The notes beneath the pieces were generated by a model. The model had not been told where the DNA came from and did no database searches. It saw only the letters and a program-made list of their open reading frames with translations. Position numbers and translations under genes: made by a program. DNA of 64,000 nt, taken from positions 39,928,001 to 39,992,000 of the forward strand of contig NC_087245.1 of assembly GCF_037042905.1 (NCBI RefSeq). Reading direction: 5' to 3'. Positions 24,801 through 36,800 of this stretch are shown piece by piece (positions within the stretch are counted from its first letter, which is position 1; each line of letters begins with the position of its first letter). The DNA comes from Lytechinus pictus (Eukaryota).

Positions 24801-27800
24801 AGATAATGTCTAACAATAAGGAGGTTCTGCAGAGTTTTCCTATCGAAGACAGAGCTAAGGGTATTGCTGACTTGGACCTAGAAGTTGATCCACTACCAAT
24901 AGAGAGAGCATTAGGTGTATTCTGGTGCGTGGAAAGTGATACATTGCAGTTCCGAATTGAGCTTAAAGATCGCCCTCTTACTAGACGGGGAGTTCTATCC
25001 ACTGTTGGCTCAATTTATGACCCTATCGGCCTTGCAAGTCCAGTGACTCTGAGAGGAAAACAGATTCTCCAGGACCTCTGCAGAAGGAAACTTGATTGGG
25101 ACAGCCCCTTATCCGATGACGTCAGACCACAGTGGGAGAAATGGAGATCTGAAATAAGTGAACTCGAGAAACTAAACGTCCCAAGATGCTACAAGCCTCC
25201 AAACTTCGGCAAAGTAAAGCGTACGGAGTTACATCACTTTTCAGATGCAAGTTTTGATGGTTACGGACAGTGCTCTTATATTCGCCTGGTGAATGAAGAG
25301 GACAAAGTGTGTTGCTCTCTCGTGACAGCCAAATCAAGAGTAACCCCACTCAGACAGATGACTATTCCCAGACTCGAACTGACGGCTGCCACTGTATCAG
25401 CAAAGATGAGTACATTTCTAAGGAAAGAATTGACAGTGGCTAAACCTCAAGAATTCTTCTGGACAGATAGTCAAGTAGTCTTGGGTTACATTCGTAACGA
25501 AGCAAGGAGATTCCATGTCTTCGTGGCAAATAGGGTGCAACAGATACATGACGAAACAAACCCCAAAAGATGGTTCTATGTGAACACAGAAGACAACCCT
25601 GCTGATGAGGCGTCTCGAGGGATGACAGCAAAGGAGCTCGTTGAAAGTAGCCGCTGGCTGGTTGGACCGAAGTTTCTTCATGAGAAAGGAGAATTCAAGA
25701 TTCCTACAGAGCAGTATAAAGCCAGCTGTGAGAAAGATGACCCAGAAGTTAGACATGTGTCGACCTTGTCTACAATGACTGCTAGAGCCAACCACTTCGA
25801 GATTAGTCGCCTCCAGCATATCTCAAGCTGGCAACGTGCCAAGAGAGTGGTAGCACTATGTATGATGTTCAAAAGTAAACTACGAAAGAGAGAAGTGAAG
25901 AGGAAGACAAGCCCTAAATTGAACCGTCCACTCCAACGTGTTATCTTGACAGTTGCAGAAGTCGATGCAGCAGAAACTGAAATAATCCGAAACTTGCAGA
26001 TAGAACATTTTCGTGACGAATTGATGGTACTTCGCAACTTAGGCTCTGGTGAGCAAAATGACAGACAGACAGCAAGAAAGAGAAACAGTGAAATCAAGCC
26101 AATCAGTTCTCTATATCGTCTAGATCCATACATTGGCAGTGATGGTATCATGCGAGTTGGTGGAAGAATCGACAAAGCTGCCGTACCTGACGAAATCAAG
26201 CATCCCGTCATCATGCCGAGAAATTCTCATATGACGACATTGCTCATAAGACACAAGCATGAGCAGGATAACCACATGGGAAGAGGAATCACACATAATC
26301 AACTGAGACAAAATGGATACTGGGTGATTGGTGGTTCTTCTGCAGTTTCCAGTATCATATCAAAGTGTGTCTTGTGCAGAAAAATGAGAGGACCATTGCA
26401 GCAACAGAAGATGGCAGATCTGCCAAAAGATCGCCTAGAACCGGCACCCCCATTCACATACTGTGCTGTGGACTACTTTGGACCTTTCAACATCAAAGAA
26501 AAAAGAAGTATTGTGAAAAGATATGGAGTACTTTTCACTTGTATGGCATCAAGAGCCATTCATCTAGAAGCAGCAAATAGTCTCACAAGCAGTAGCTTCA
26601 TCAACTGCCTCCGGCGGTTCCTCACTCGTCGTGGACCAGTCAGACAGATCAGATCTGATAGAGGGACTGCTTTCGTTGGCGCTAGAAACGAGTTGCGGGA
26701 AGCAATGAGAGAGTTGGACCAGGAATCTATCCAGCCAGACGTATCTACTAGAGAATGGAGTTGATTGGATACCCTTCCAGATGAACACGCCGAGTGCATC
26801 TCACATGGGAGGAGTTTGGGAGCGCCAGATTGGTACAGTACGCAGAGTCCTTGAACCCCTCCTCATGAATTCAGGGTCACAACTAGATGATGAATCCTTC
26901 CAGACGTTCCTTACTGAAGTGGAGTCAGTTGTCAATTCCAGACCACTGTCTACAGCTAATCTATGTGCAGGAGATGCCCCTGAACCGTTGACTCCGAACC
27001 ATCTTCTAACCATGAAGGCAAAAGTTGTGATGCCTCCCCCAGGCAAGTTTCAGCGAGAAGACGTGTATGCTCGGAAGTGGTGGCGTCGTGTGCAGTATCT
27101 AGCGAACGAATTCTGGAGTAGATGGAAGCGTGAATATCTCCAAGACATCCAAACAAGACAGAAGTGGGTCCATCCAAAGCGTGACCTCGCGATAGGCGAC
27201 ATTGTCATTGTAAAAGACTGCAGCGATACTCGAAGTCAGTGGCCACTAGGAAGAGTGACAGAAGCCTACAAATGTGATGACGGCCGAGTTCGTAAAGTGA
27301 AACTGATCATGGCTGATCGCGATCTTCGAAAAGACGGTAAACGTAAGCATGAGCCTAGATTTTTGGAAAGACCCATACATAAGCTCGTTTTGATCCTAGC
27401 AGATGACTAGATTTGTTCTTAATGTGATACTGACACTATAACAGAAAGAGACTGCTTTTCACATGGGCAAGTATAATCCACGCGAAAGACATTTAGGGAT
27501 TCCCCCGCAAGGAGCCAAACACAAGAACAATTAGACTGTTATATTATTATCGTTTATTTCTATATCAATAGGCAATGAGCAGATTGATATGCAAAGTTAT
27601 TGATAGCTTGGGAAATTGTTTCTGTGCTATTTAAATATGTGATCTTTTATTTTGTCTTGTTCAACCAAATGAGCGAAACATTGCTTATATTGCAGTGTGC
27701 ATTTTTTGGCATTATACATATACAAATTTAATATATTATCTTCTTGATGTTTCAAGAATCAAATTGGATCAAAAGAAATGCATTTGAAAAGAAAAAAAAG

Positions 27801-30800
27801 GCTTGCTATATTTTCAGATATCGTTCAAAATATTGTATTATGCATTCTTTTATTTATCATTTTATGATTTGATCGTATAGTTTTGACCTTAATTTGCTTT
27901 CGAACGCTTGAAACTTCGATAATATATTAAAATTATTCACTTATCAAACTGTGATGAGAGCATGCAAGCATAATATTAAAGCATGAATACTTTATTGTTT
28001 ATTGATATTTTTAATAGTGGTTTATAGTGTTATTCTTTTTATGCAAGCGCTATATATATTTCTAATTGAAGTTTATAATTATATATAAGTAACTGTTTTG
28101 GATAATCAGTTAAAGGAGCCATGTTACTGCGACGCATTGCGCGCATTAATTGTGACGTAATTAGTGTAACTTTAATCTTGATTGCTGCGTCATGGTTGCC
28201 ATGTATATTTGCGCATAATAATAATAATAATAATCATGATAGTTGCGCGCGTGTTATAAATAATTGTCATTGTTTAAGTATTACGAAGGAAAAAGGCTGT
28301 GTCCAATCCAGTATACAGAAAGAAACAGAAAGCCATATTTGGTAAGATTACTTTTATTTGATTATTAATTGCACTCTGTTATTTACCAAATATTCATTAT
28401 GAGAATAATGATGAATGGATGTTGTTATAATGTGAATGATGATGATTAACTAAATTATGTAAATATGAATCTAATGTGTAAACGAAAAGATAATATGTCT
28501 GTGTATTCATGATTCTTGTATATCTGTTTTATAATTTTCAGAATGTTATCTGCAACGCTTAATCTACAAAATATTTCTACTGATCATTAATCGACAATCA
28601 TCTATATTAAAGAGTTCTTTAAATCGTATGAAACTCGTCCTGTCATTCGTCGTATATTATTGGAAACTCCTCTTATATAGAGGCAGCCACAATCTCTTCT
28701 TAAAGATGTAGACATGACGAGATCCAAGATCTTGCCATCTGATCATCTCTCACATGGGATGTAGACAATTCAAAGATCTAAGATCTTGCCATCTGATCAT
28801 CTCTCCCACAGAGATGTAGATATGACGAGATGATTATATGAACATCTGGGTGGCACTTTTAAGCTTCCATACCATATACTTTCGAAGTTATGATGACATT
28901 TCAAAAACTTAACCTTAGTTAAGATTTCAATGTTGATGACGCCGTCGGAAAAGCGGCACCTATAGTCTCGCTCTGCTATATGCAGAAGAGACCAAAACAT
29001 TAAATACCGGTAGTACATTATACAAATGATTAAATTAGCGAAGATTATCACATTTCGGGTGAAGGGTCAAATTTGTATTTGAAAAATAAAAGCCACGTTT
29101 TACAAAGGTTCAAGTTCAATTTGATTCAAACCAATCAATCAAGAGATATAGGTTACAAAGTTTGACAAAAAAGAAATAAAACAAGACAGATTTGGGTAGG
29201 TCGGGTAATAAAACATACACGTTTTCGGGGGGGGGGCCAGTATGAGCATCTCCCCTTTGGGAATTTCTCTTCAAGCAACATGTTCAATCTTTTGTTAATA
29301 TCATGTTGTGATGGGCTTGACTTAGGCTAAATGCAATTAGGGAGTTATGAAGTACTTACCAGTACACTTTGGACACATCCAGCTAAGATTCTCGCTTTCC
29401 ATGCGCTTTCCTTCTTTCTTGGTGATGTTCACACACTTGCCATGAAACCAATCTTCACATTTATCACAGCATATCATGAACCTTGAAGAAAAATGATAGA
29501 AATATGTACAATAATTCAGTGTATGTATGGCCTTATCGTGAAATTAGTCACCTCTCTTCTCGTGTGTGTCGGTGTGTGTGCACTCGTTGTTTATAAAGTC
29601 AATGGGAGTTGAAAGAAGTTCCCAGCACTAACAAAATAAACGACAGTGAATGGACTGGTGACTTAAACCAGGATAATGCCCACTCACACGTATTGCGAGG
29701 TTAGTATTAGTATACTAACCTCGCACCACTAACCTCGCACCACGAACCGCGTTTGGCAGTGGATTTCTTACTAGTGGGTCGCGCGTGCTGGGATCTCATT
29801 TCTTGGGTCCACAACACACGACTTCTATGGCTTGATTTTTCTGTGCGCGGCGGCATGTAATGAACCCTTGGGTGGATAATGCCACATGTATTAGTAGAAA
29901 AACAGATTCATTTGAATGAATTCATTCTTACTACTCAGGCACCCCTTCACAGGCAAACACACATTGTGAGAGGTATTGTCTCAAGTAAACATTGCCTGGA
30001 AAATCTCCTTCGATCCTGCCGGCAAATAGCAATATCAAAATTTTTACACCGCAATATGATCATTACAAATGTTTTCAATATGTAACTTCAGAAGGTTTCC
30101 ATGGCAAAGAAGAACAGTGTAGTGACGTTTCGACGAGTGTTCTTGTTGTTGAAACGTCAGGTTTAGGTGGTCCTTTTCAGGACCAACAATTGCCCATGAA
30201 AGATACATGGTGCACCGTGAAACCTAATACACTTCTTTCACCCTGATTAGCAAAACGTGATGTTTCTTCAGGAAATGCAGAACTTTTTGTTTCAACATCA
30301 ATGAGCCGATTGTGCAGCCAGGCAATAGAAACACTGCTTGGTTTGAATTGCCTAGGTGGGTGATAGGCCCATTGATCGTGCAACTGTTTTCCATGACAAA
30401 AATCAAGATGGAGGTGCAATGATTGGCAAATTTTTTAGAGTGGTTCCTAAAATACTATTGGGATATAGCAATTCACAAAGAAAGATAAGATTTTAAATTA
30501 TTTTGTCAAAACATTTGGAATGTAATCATTGCATTTCTACAAGGTTGATAGAACCAACCATCGTCAGTCAACAGAAAATGGGATTTCCTGGGCCCCTCTT
30601 ACAAAGAGTTGCGATTGATCCAATCAATTGCAACTATGGAAAGCCAGCAAAGTCAACATTAATTAATGTCTAGATATGAATGTATATCCATAAATTATTT
30701 GATTTCTTGCCAAATTGGTGTGTGATCTCCTTTATTTACAAAGGACATTTTGCAAATTTCCTGGAGAAAAAATTATGACACTGATGGATTTCCATAGTTT

Positions 30801-33800
30801 GTAAGACGGGGCTCAGCCCTTGTTCTGTGCGACTGATATACAAAGTGCCAGTACATACATGTACGAGCAACCTCACGTACATGTAAGCAAATAAGTTTTG
30901 CTCTCGAAAACAACTTCATGCTATTTCTACCTAACACAGGAACTACAACAGGAAGTTAAGGGGGGCCCCATCGATCTCACCTGTTTTGAGTACTGAATCA
31001 ATAACATGGTTAAATGCTTTTTAAAACGTGAAGCTGCGATTCTACTACCTCTAGTGGCAGCAATGCCACTGAAGAACCACATGTACCGTATCTTCAGGAG
31101 GTTGCTCTACATGATATACAAATTTGTGTATGAACTTTGGGGGGAAAATGTTCATCCATTACAAAGGAGAGGCAGCTGGCTGAGCTCCAACTATACAGAA
31201 GGCATGTCATTACATCATCAAAGGAACCTTTAGATTGACTTCCAAATGATAAAAAGAGGCTCCATTCTTTTATCAATAAGATTGACTAACAATCATACAT
31301 TCCCTGACAGGTGACACAAATTCCAAATGCATGGAGGAATTCCAGGGCCCCGTCTTACAAGGAGTTACGATTGATCCAATCAATTGTAACTCTTCCAATC
31401 AACTGTAACTCTATGGAAATCCATTAGTGTCATAATTTTTTCTCCAGGAAATTTGCAAAATGTCCTTTGTAAACAAAGGAGACCACACCAATTTTCAAGA
31501 AATCAATTAAGTTATGGATATACATTCATATCTAGAAATTTCTTTGAACAAACGTGCATGTTATATGTTGACTTTGCTGGCTTTCCATAGTTGCGATTGA
31601 TCAGATCAATCACAACTCTTTGTAAGACGGGCCCCTGAGTAGCTTCATTTAGCGTATCATTATAAGGAAATGATCCAACATAAAGGTCCATGATAATACA
31701 TGTTATCTCATGGAAATAGAAACAGGACATCTCAAGCAGCTGTTCCTGAGCAGCATAACTTTCCCTTTTTACACCTCAACCAGTTGTAAGCATGATCTTG
31801 CTATGTCAGATAAAGCTCGTCAATTAAGAATATGCGCATGTACTAGTAAATTGAGTCAGCACTATTTTGTTGAATTAAAAAGGTCAATGACCCAAATGAC
31901 AATGACACACATTGAAACTGCTGGGAAGAGGGGAGCATTGAAAAATACATGCCCCATGACAAAAGGAAGTAACTTAATTTAGATTTTTTTTTCTTCAAAA
32001 TTTATCATTTTTCTTGATTTTGGGAAATTTTCTGTATAAATATACATAATGCTACATAAATTGGAGCCATGTACATGTAGCCCCAATTTTTTAAATATAG
32101 ACATTTCAAAAGCAAGTAACTCTACATGTAGGCCCTATACATTTCTGTTTTATTTTTTCCTTTCCATGTCGTGGCTGATGTTCTACCACGCCATTCATCA
32201 GTAAAACAAGTGGAATGCCTCTGGCGGTCTCACCTGCATCACGCGATTCAATACAGCAGCAGTGCTGACTTTGAAAACTACTATAAAATAATTATTCACA
32301 AAAAACACCATTCATATAATGATACAATACTACGTTCATTGATATTTGACCTTGATCATGTGACCTAAAAATTGTCAGTGATACTTGATTACCCCTATAT
32401 CCACATTTTATACACTATATCTATAGACTTTGAAAGTTATGACAGCAATCTAATAATTACCTCTAAAATGGCCAAAGTTAAATGACCTTTGACTTTCGTC
32501 ATGTGACCTGAAACTCGCATGATATGTTCAGGGATACTTGATGACTCTTATGTCCAAGTTTTATGAACTAATAGAGCTATGATGGTAATTGAACAGATAC
32601 CCCCATTATGGCCAAAGTTCATTGACCTTTGACGTTGGTCATGTGACCTGAAATTCGCACAGGATGTTTAGTGTTACTTGATTACTCTTATGTCCAAGTT
32701 TTATGAACTAGACCAATAAACTTTCAAAGTTATGATGGTAATTCAATAAATACCCGCAACTTGGCCAAAGTTCATTGACCTTAAATGACCTTTGACCTTG
32801 ATCATGTGACCTGAAACTTGCACAGGATGTTTAGTGATACTTCATTACTCTTATGTCCAAGTTTCATGAATCAGATCCATAAACTTTCGAAGTTATGATG
32901 GTAATTCAACAGATACCCCCATTATGGCCAAAGTTCATTGACCTTTGACCTTGGAGATGTGACCTGAAATGCGCACAGGATGTTTAGTGATACTTCATTA
33001 CTCTTATGTCCAAGTTTCATGAATCAGATCCATAAACTTTCGAAGTTATGATGGTAATTCAACAAATACCCCCAATTTGGCCAAAGTTCATTGACCCTAA
33101 ATGGCCTTTGACCTTAATCATGTGACCTGACACTTGCACAGGATGTTCAGTGATACTTGATTACTATTATGTCTAAGTTTCATGAATCAGATCCATAAAC
33201 ATTCAAAGTTATGATGGTAATTCAACAGATACCCCCAATTTGGCCAAAGTTCATTGACCCTGAATGACCTTTGACCTTGGTCATGTGATGTGAAACTCAA
33301 GCAGGATGTTCAGTAATACTTGATTAACCTTATGTCCAAATTTCATGAACTAGGTCCATATATTTTTTAAGTTATGATGACATTTCAAAAACTTAACCTT
33401 AGGTTAAGATTTAATGTTGATTCCCCCAACATGGTCTAAGTTCATTGACCCTAAATGACCTTTGACCTTGGTCATGTGATCTGAAACTCAGGCAGGATGT
33501 TCAGTAATACTTGATTAACCTTATGGCCAAGTTTGATGAACTAGGTCCCTATACTTTTTAAGTTATGCTGTCATTTCAAAAACTTAACCTTCGGTTAAGA
33601 TTTGGTGTTGACGCCGCCGCCGCCGTAAAACAATGAATATCATGGTCTGACTTTTTTGGGGGAGTCAAATTTGAAGAAAAAAAATGAAAGTTGGCAGGTT
33701 TGACAAGGGTCAGTTGAGTCGCAGCAAACAAACTTTCTTTTTTTTGCCCTCATAGTATGAGACGACAGTTTGAAAGGTTCCATGACACTTGCTCCCGCAA

Positions 33801-36800
33801 CATTTTCTCCAATGGAAACTTTGCATGTCAAGCCAAGCATCAAAACCTAACCTCTAAAATCTCAACCCTAATCCTTATCTACACATTATTCTGAACCAAA
33901 AACTCTTACAATCCTAACTCTAACCCTATGCCCTCTGAGATATCAAGACCGGAGCAAATGTCGGAGGACGAAATGTCATGTCACGGTATGAAAAAGCATT
34001 AGATGACTCACTTTCCGTCATGAGGCTGTCTGCATATACACCATAGTTTCTCTGGATCATCGTCACTGGTCCAGTCACTGCCAGTATCATGTTCAGCCTG
34101 ATCTGCCTCCTCCTGCGCTTCAGGCTCTTCTTCCGAAGAAAACGGAATATCGCTGAGCTCATCTGCACCTAAAAACAACAATTTTTCAAAGACCAAACTA
34201 ATGTTTCACACCATCATCATTAGAAATAACAGTTTGCAAATGGAATATTGCTAAGCTCATCTGCATCTAAAATAACATTTACACAGATGTAAACATTTTT
34301 TTATTCAAAGACCAACTAATATTTACATCAACTGAGATAAATAATAGTATCTTTCTCATGGAAATGGAATATCTCTAAGCTCATCTATACCTAAAGCAAT
34401 GTTAACCCAGAGGAATTATTGATTTAAATAACAGTTGCTATCTTCTGGATATGTTTGTTCTGCAAAAAGAGAACATTATTTTCTCTTCAAGATATAGATG
34501 CATTTCATGATTAGTCTCTTCAGGCTTATGCTCCTCTTCAGATGAAAATGAATATCACTTCGCTCATCCGCACCTAAAACAACATTAACACAGATGTAAA
34601 CATTTCATTTTTAAAAGACCAAACTAATATTTTACATCAATAGTATATGGATAATAGTTGCCATCTTAATTTATGGATATGTTTGTCCTGTAAAAGGTGG
34701 AGTATATTTTTTCTTTTCAATTTATATCTCTTCAGGCTTCCCTCCAGATGTAAATGGTTCATCTGCACCTAAACCAACGTTAACACAGATGAAAATAAAA
34801 CATTTATTTTTAAAGGGTAAACTCGCAATTCCTTTCACAACATTCTCTATTAGTTGCATTTAATGGATTTTTTTTATTCAAAAGGAAATCTTTTGTTCCC
34901 TTTAAAATATTTCATATCAAATGATACTATATTTTCTCATATGAATGTAAGACAAGACACAAGTTGAAGGAGACTTAAAATAGCTCAGATGATTTGAATA
35001 TTCTCTAACTTTTAAAATTATCTAAGCCACCAGAAAATGTTAAAAGTAATTATGAGCTGAACAAGTAAAGTTTGCCCCAAAAATAAATACTTCTTTTTCT
35101 AAAAATTTCATAAACCAAAAATTAACTTTGGTGGAAAATATTATAGTTAATGGTGCAACTGTGCTTAAAAAATAAAAAAATGCACAATGATTCCCTAACT
35201 TCACAGGAAATGATCTAGTTTCTGGTAAACGTAAAATTTCCTAGAAACAAACAACCCTTGAAAGTAAACTTCACATAATTGGAAACACATGACGGTACAT
35301 ACATATACATATACATGAAGTCATTCATTAATTGAAACTGAAACAGAGTATTTGACCTAAAACCTTGTACTGTACAGGAATAGTGTAGACTGAAAATGAA
35401 ACAAAGTGTAAGACCATGTTTTTTTATTCAAAAATAGAAACTATGCATGTATTAAACAATAGATTCAAGTAATTCAAAAATACTTCTTCACAGTCTACAA
35501 TTGTGTATCCAAACAATCATAAATTATATTAATGATCCGATCAAGTCGGACTTGCGATCAATTAAGAAAAAAAAACTCTTACCAAGTTTAGTTTTCTTGA
35601 TATCTCTGGAGCTTCTTGAGGATTTCTTCTTTCTGGATTCTTCCTTCTCTTTGTCTCTTTCTTTGTGTTTCTTTTTCTTCTTATCCTTCTCTTTGCTGTC
35701 ATCCACAGATTTAGACTGACTCTCTCTTCGATGTCTCTCCTCTTTAATGCTACTCTTCTCTTTTAACCTTGACCGACTGTGCCTTTCTTTATCTTTCTTC
35801 CCTTTTGATGTCTTCTTGTCCTTACGATCATGTTTTGATTTAGATTTCTTATCCTCCTTGGCTTCTTTGCCCTCTTCTTCTGTTGAAACTTTTGATTCTC
35901 GTCGCGAGGATCTCCGAGGTTTTTCTTCTGCTTTCTTTTCTTTATTAGGTTCCTCAGAGCTTTTCTCTTTCCTGCTTTCGCTTCGAGTGCTGCGCTTCGT
36001 AGGAGAATCTCCTGGGGTTGTTGCAGGTACGTTACTGGAGGCTGGAAGTGCGGAACTTGCAGCGTAGCTATGGTCCATCCAATAAACACTTGATTTGGAT
36101 TCAGGGTGGCCGTTTTCATCATCGGACAATTCTCCCGTTTCCTTCTCCTCCTTCACCTCACCCAACTCTAATTCATCCTTTGAATCTGATAATTTTTGCC
36201 CCACTTCACTCTTTGTTTCTTCTTCAAGTGGTCTCTGACTACCTTCATCGGGAGGTCTTTGACTAGATCCACCAGGTTTCTCTTTCTCCTTGTTACCTTC
36301 TGTTGTTCCTTTCAAAATGTCTTCCTTCACAGTATCATCCTTAACTTCTTTCTTTGGTTTAGCCATTCCAAGGCTTTCAAACAGGTTGAGACTTGTAGTT
36401 TTCTTGCCTCCATCCTTGTCTTCCTCCTGCTTTTTTGTTGCTTCTTTCTGTTCTGCCAAAACTTCCTTCTTCCCCTCTTCTTTCTTTGGATCCCCATCCT
36501 TCTGCTCTTCACTGTGCTTAATTTCCTGATCAATGACCTTTAAGTATTTCTCAATTTCACTACTTATGTCTGTCCCTGATTTCCCTTTCTCTTTCTGTGC
36601 AGTCGAAGTGTCACTGTCATCCTCTACCACACTCACATTTTTAGAATCCTTTGCTTTCTTTTCCTCTTCCTTCTGCCGTTTCTTCTCTTCCCGCTCCTTC
36701 TTCTTCTGTTCCTTTTCTCTCATGGCCTGTCTCAGGGTCAAGTCGTTTGCTGTTATGTGCGCAATCCGAGCAGATCTCCTCTTCAGGTTATCCTCCTTCT

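Larger units (their letters stand above)
21199..28691 (+). mobile_element. BEL/Pao LTR retrotransposon, near full-length and young
   Basis: Two 570-bp TG..CA LTRs with about 3 mismatches; 5-bp TSD ATCTC (21194-21198 and 28692-28696); purine tract before the 3' LTR; gag-pol ORF. Confidence 0.97.
20752..28997. mobile_element. Helentron-associated (HINE-like) repeat with an internal minisatellite of about 50 bp, split by the Pao insertion
   Basis: ACAAGTGGAACGCCTCTGGC start shared with 32206; minisatellite GATGTAGACATGACGAGATCCAAGATCTTGCCATCTGATCATCTCT on both sides of the LTR element; 3' hairpin GTCTCGCTCTGC..GCAGAAGAGAC. Confidence 0.65.

Noticed and set aside
26725-26785. Programmed frameshift in the Pao pol gene
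   Set aside because: No slippery site; a simple 4-bp duplication in the middle of the integrase explains it
28121-28345. 74-aa ORF with signal-peptide-like start (env-like?)
   Set aside because: Lies within the 3' LTR, its ATG depends on one flanking base, and it is far too short for env
29880-30420. Coding-like island in an intron
   Set aside because: No frame gives a recognisable protein, and the flanking PHD exons join without it
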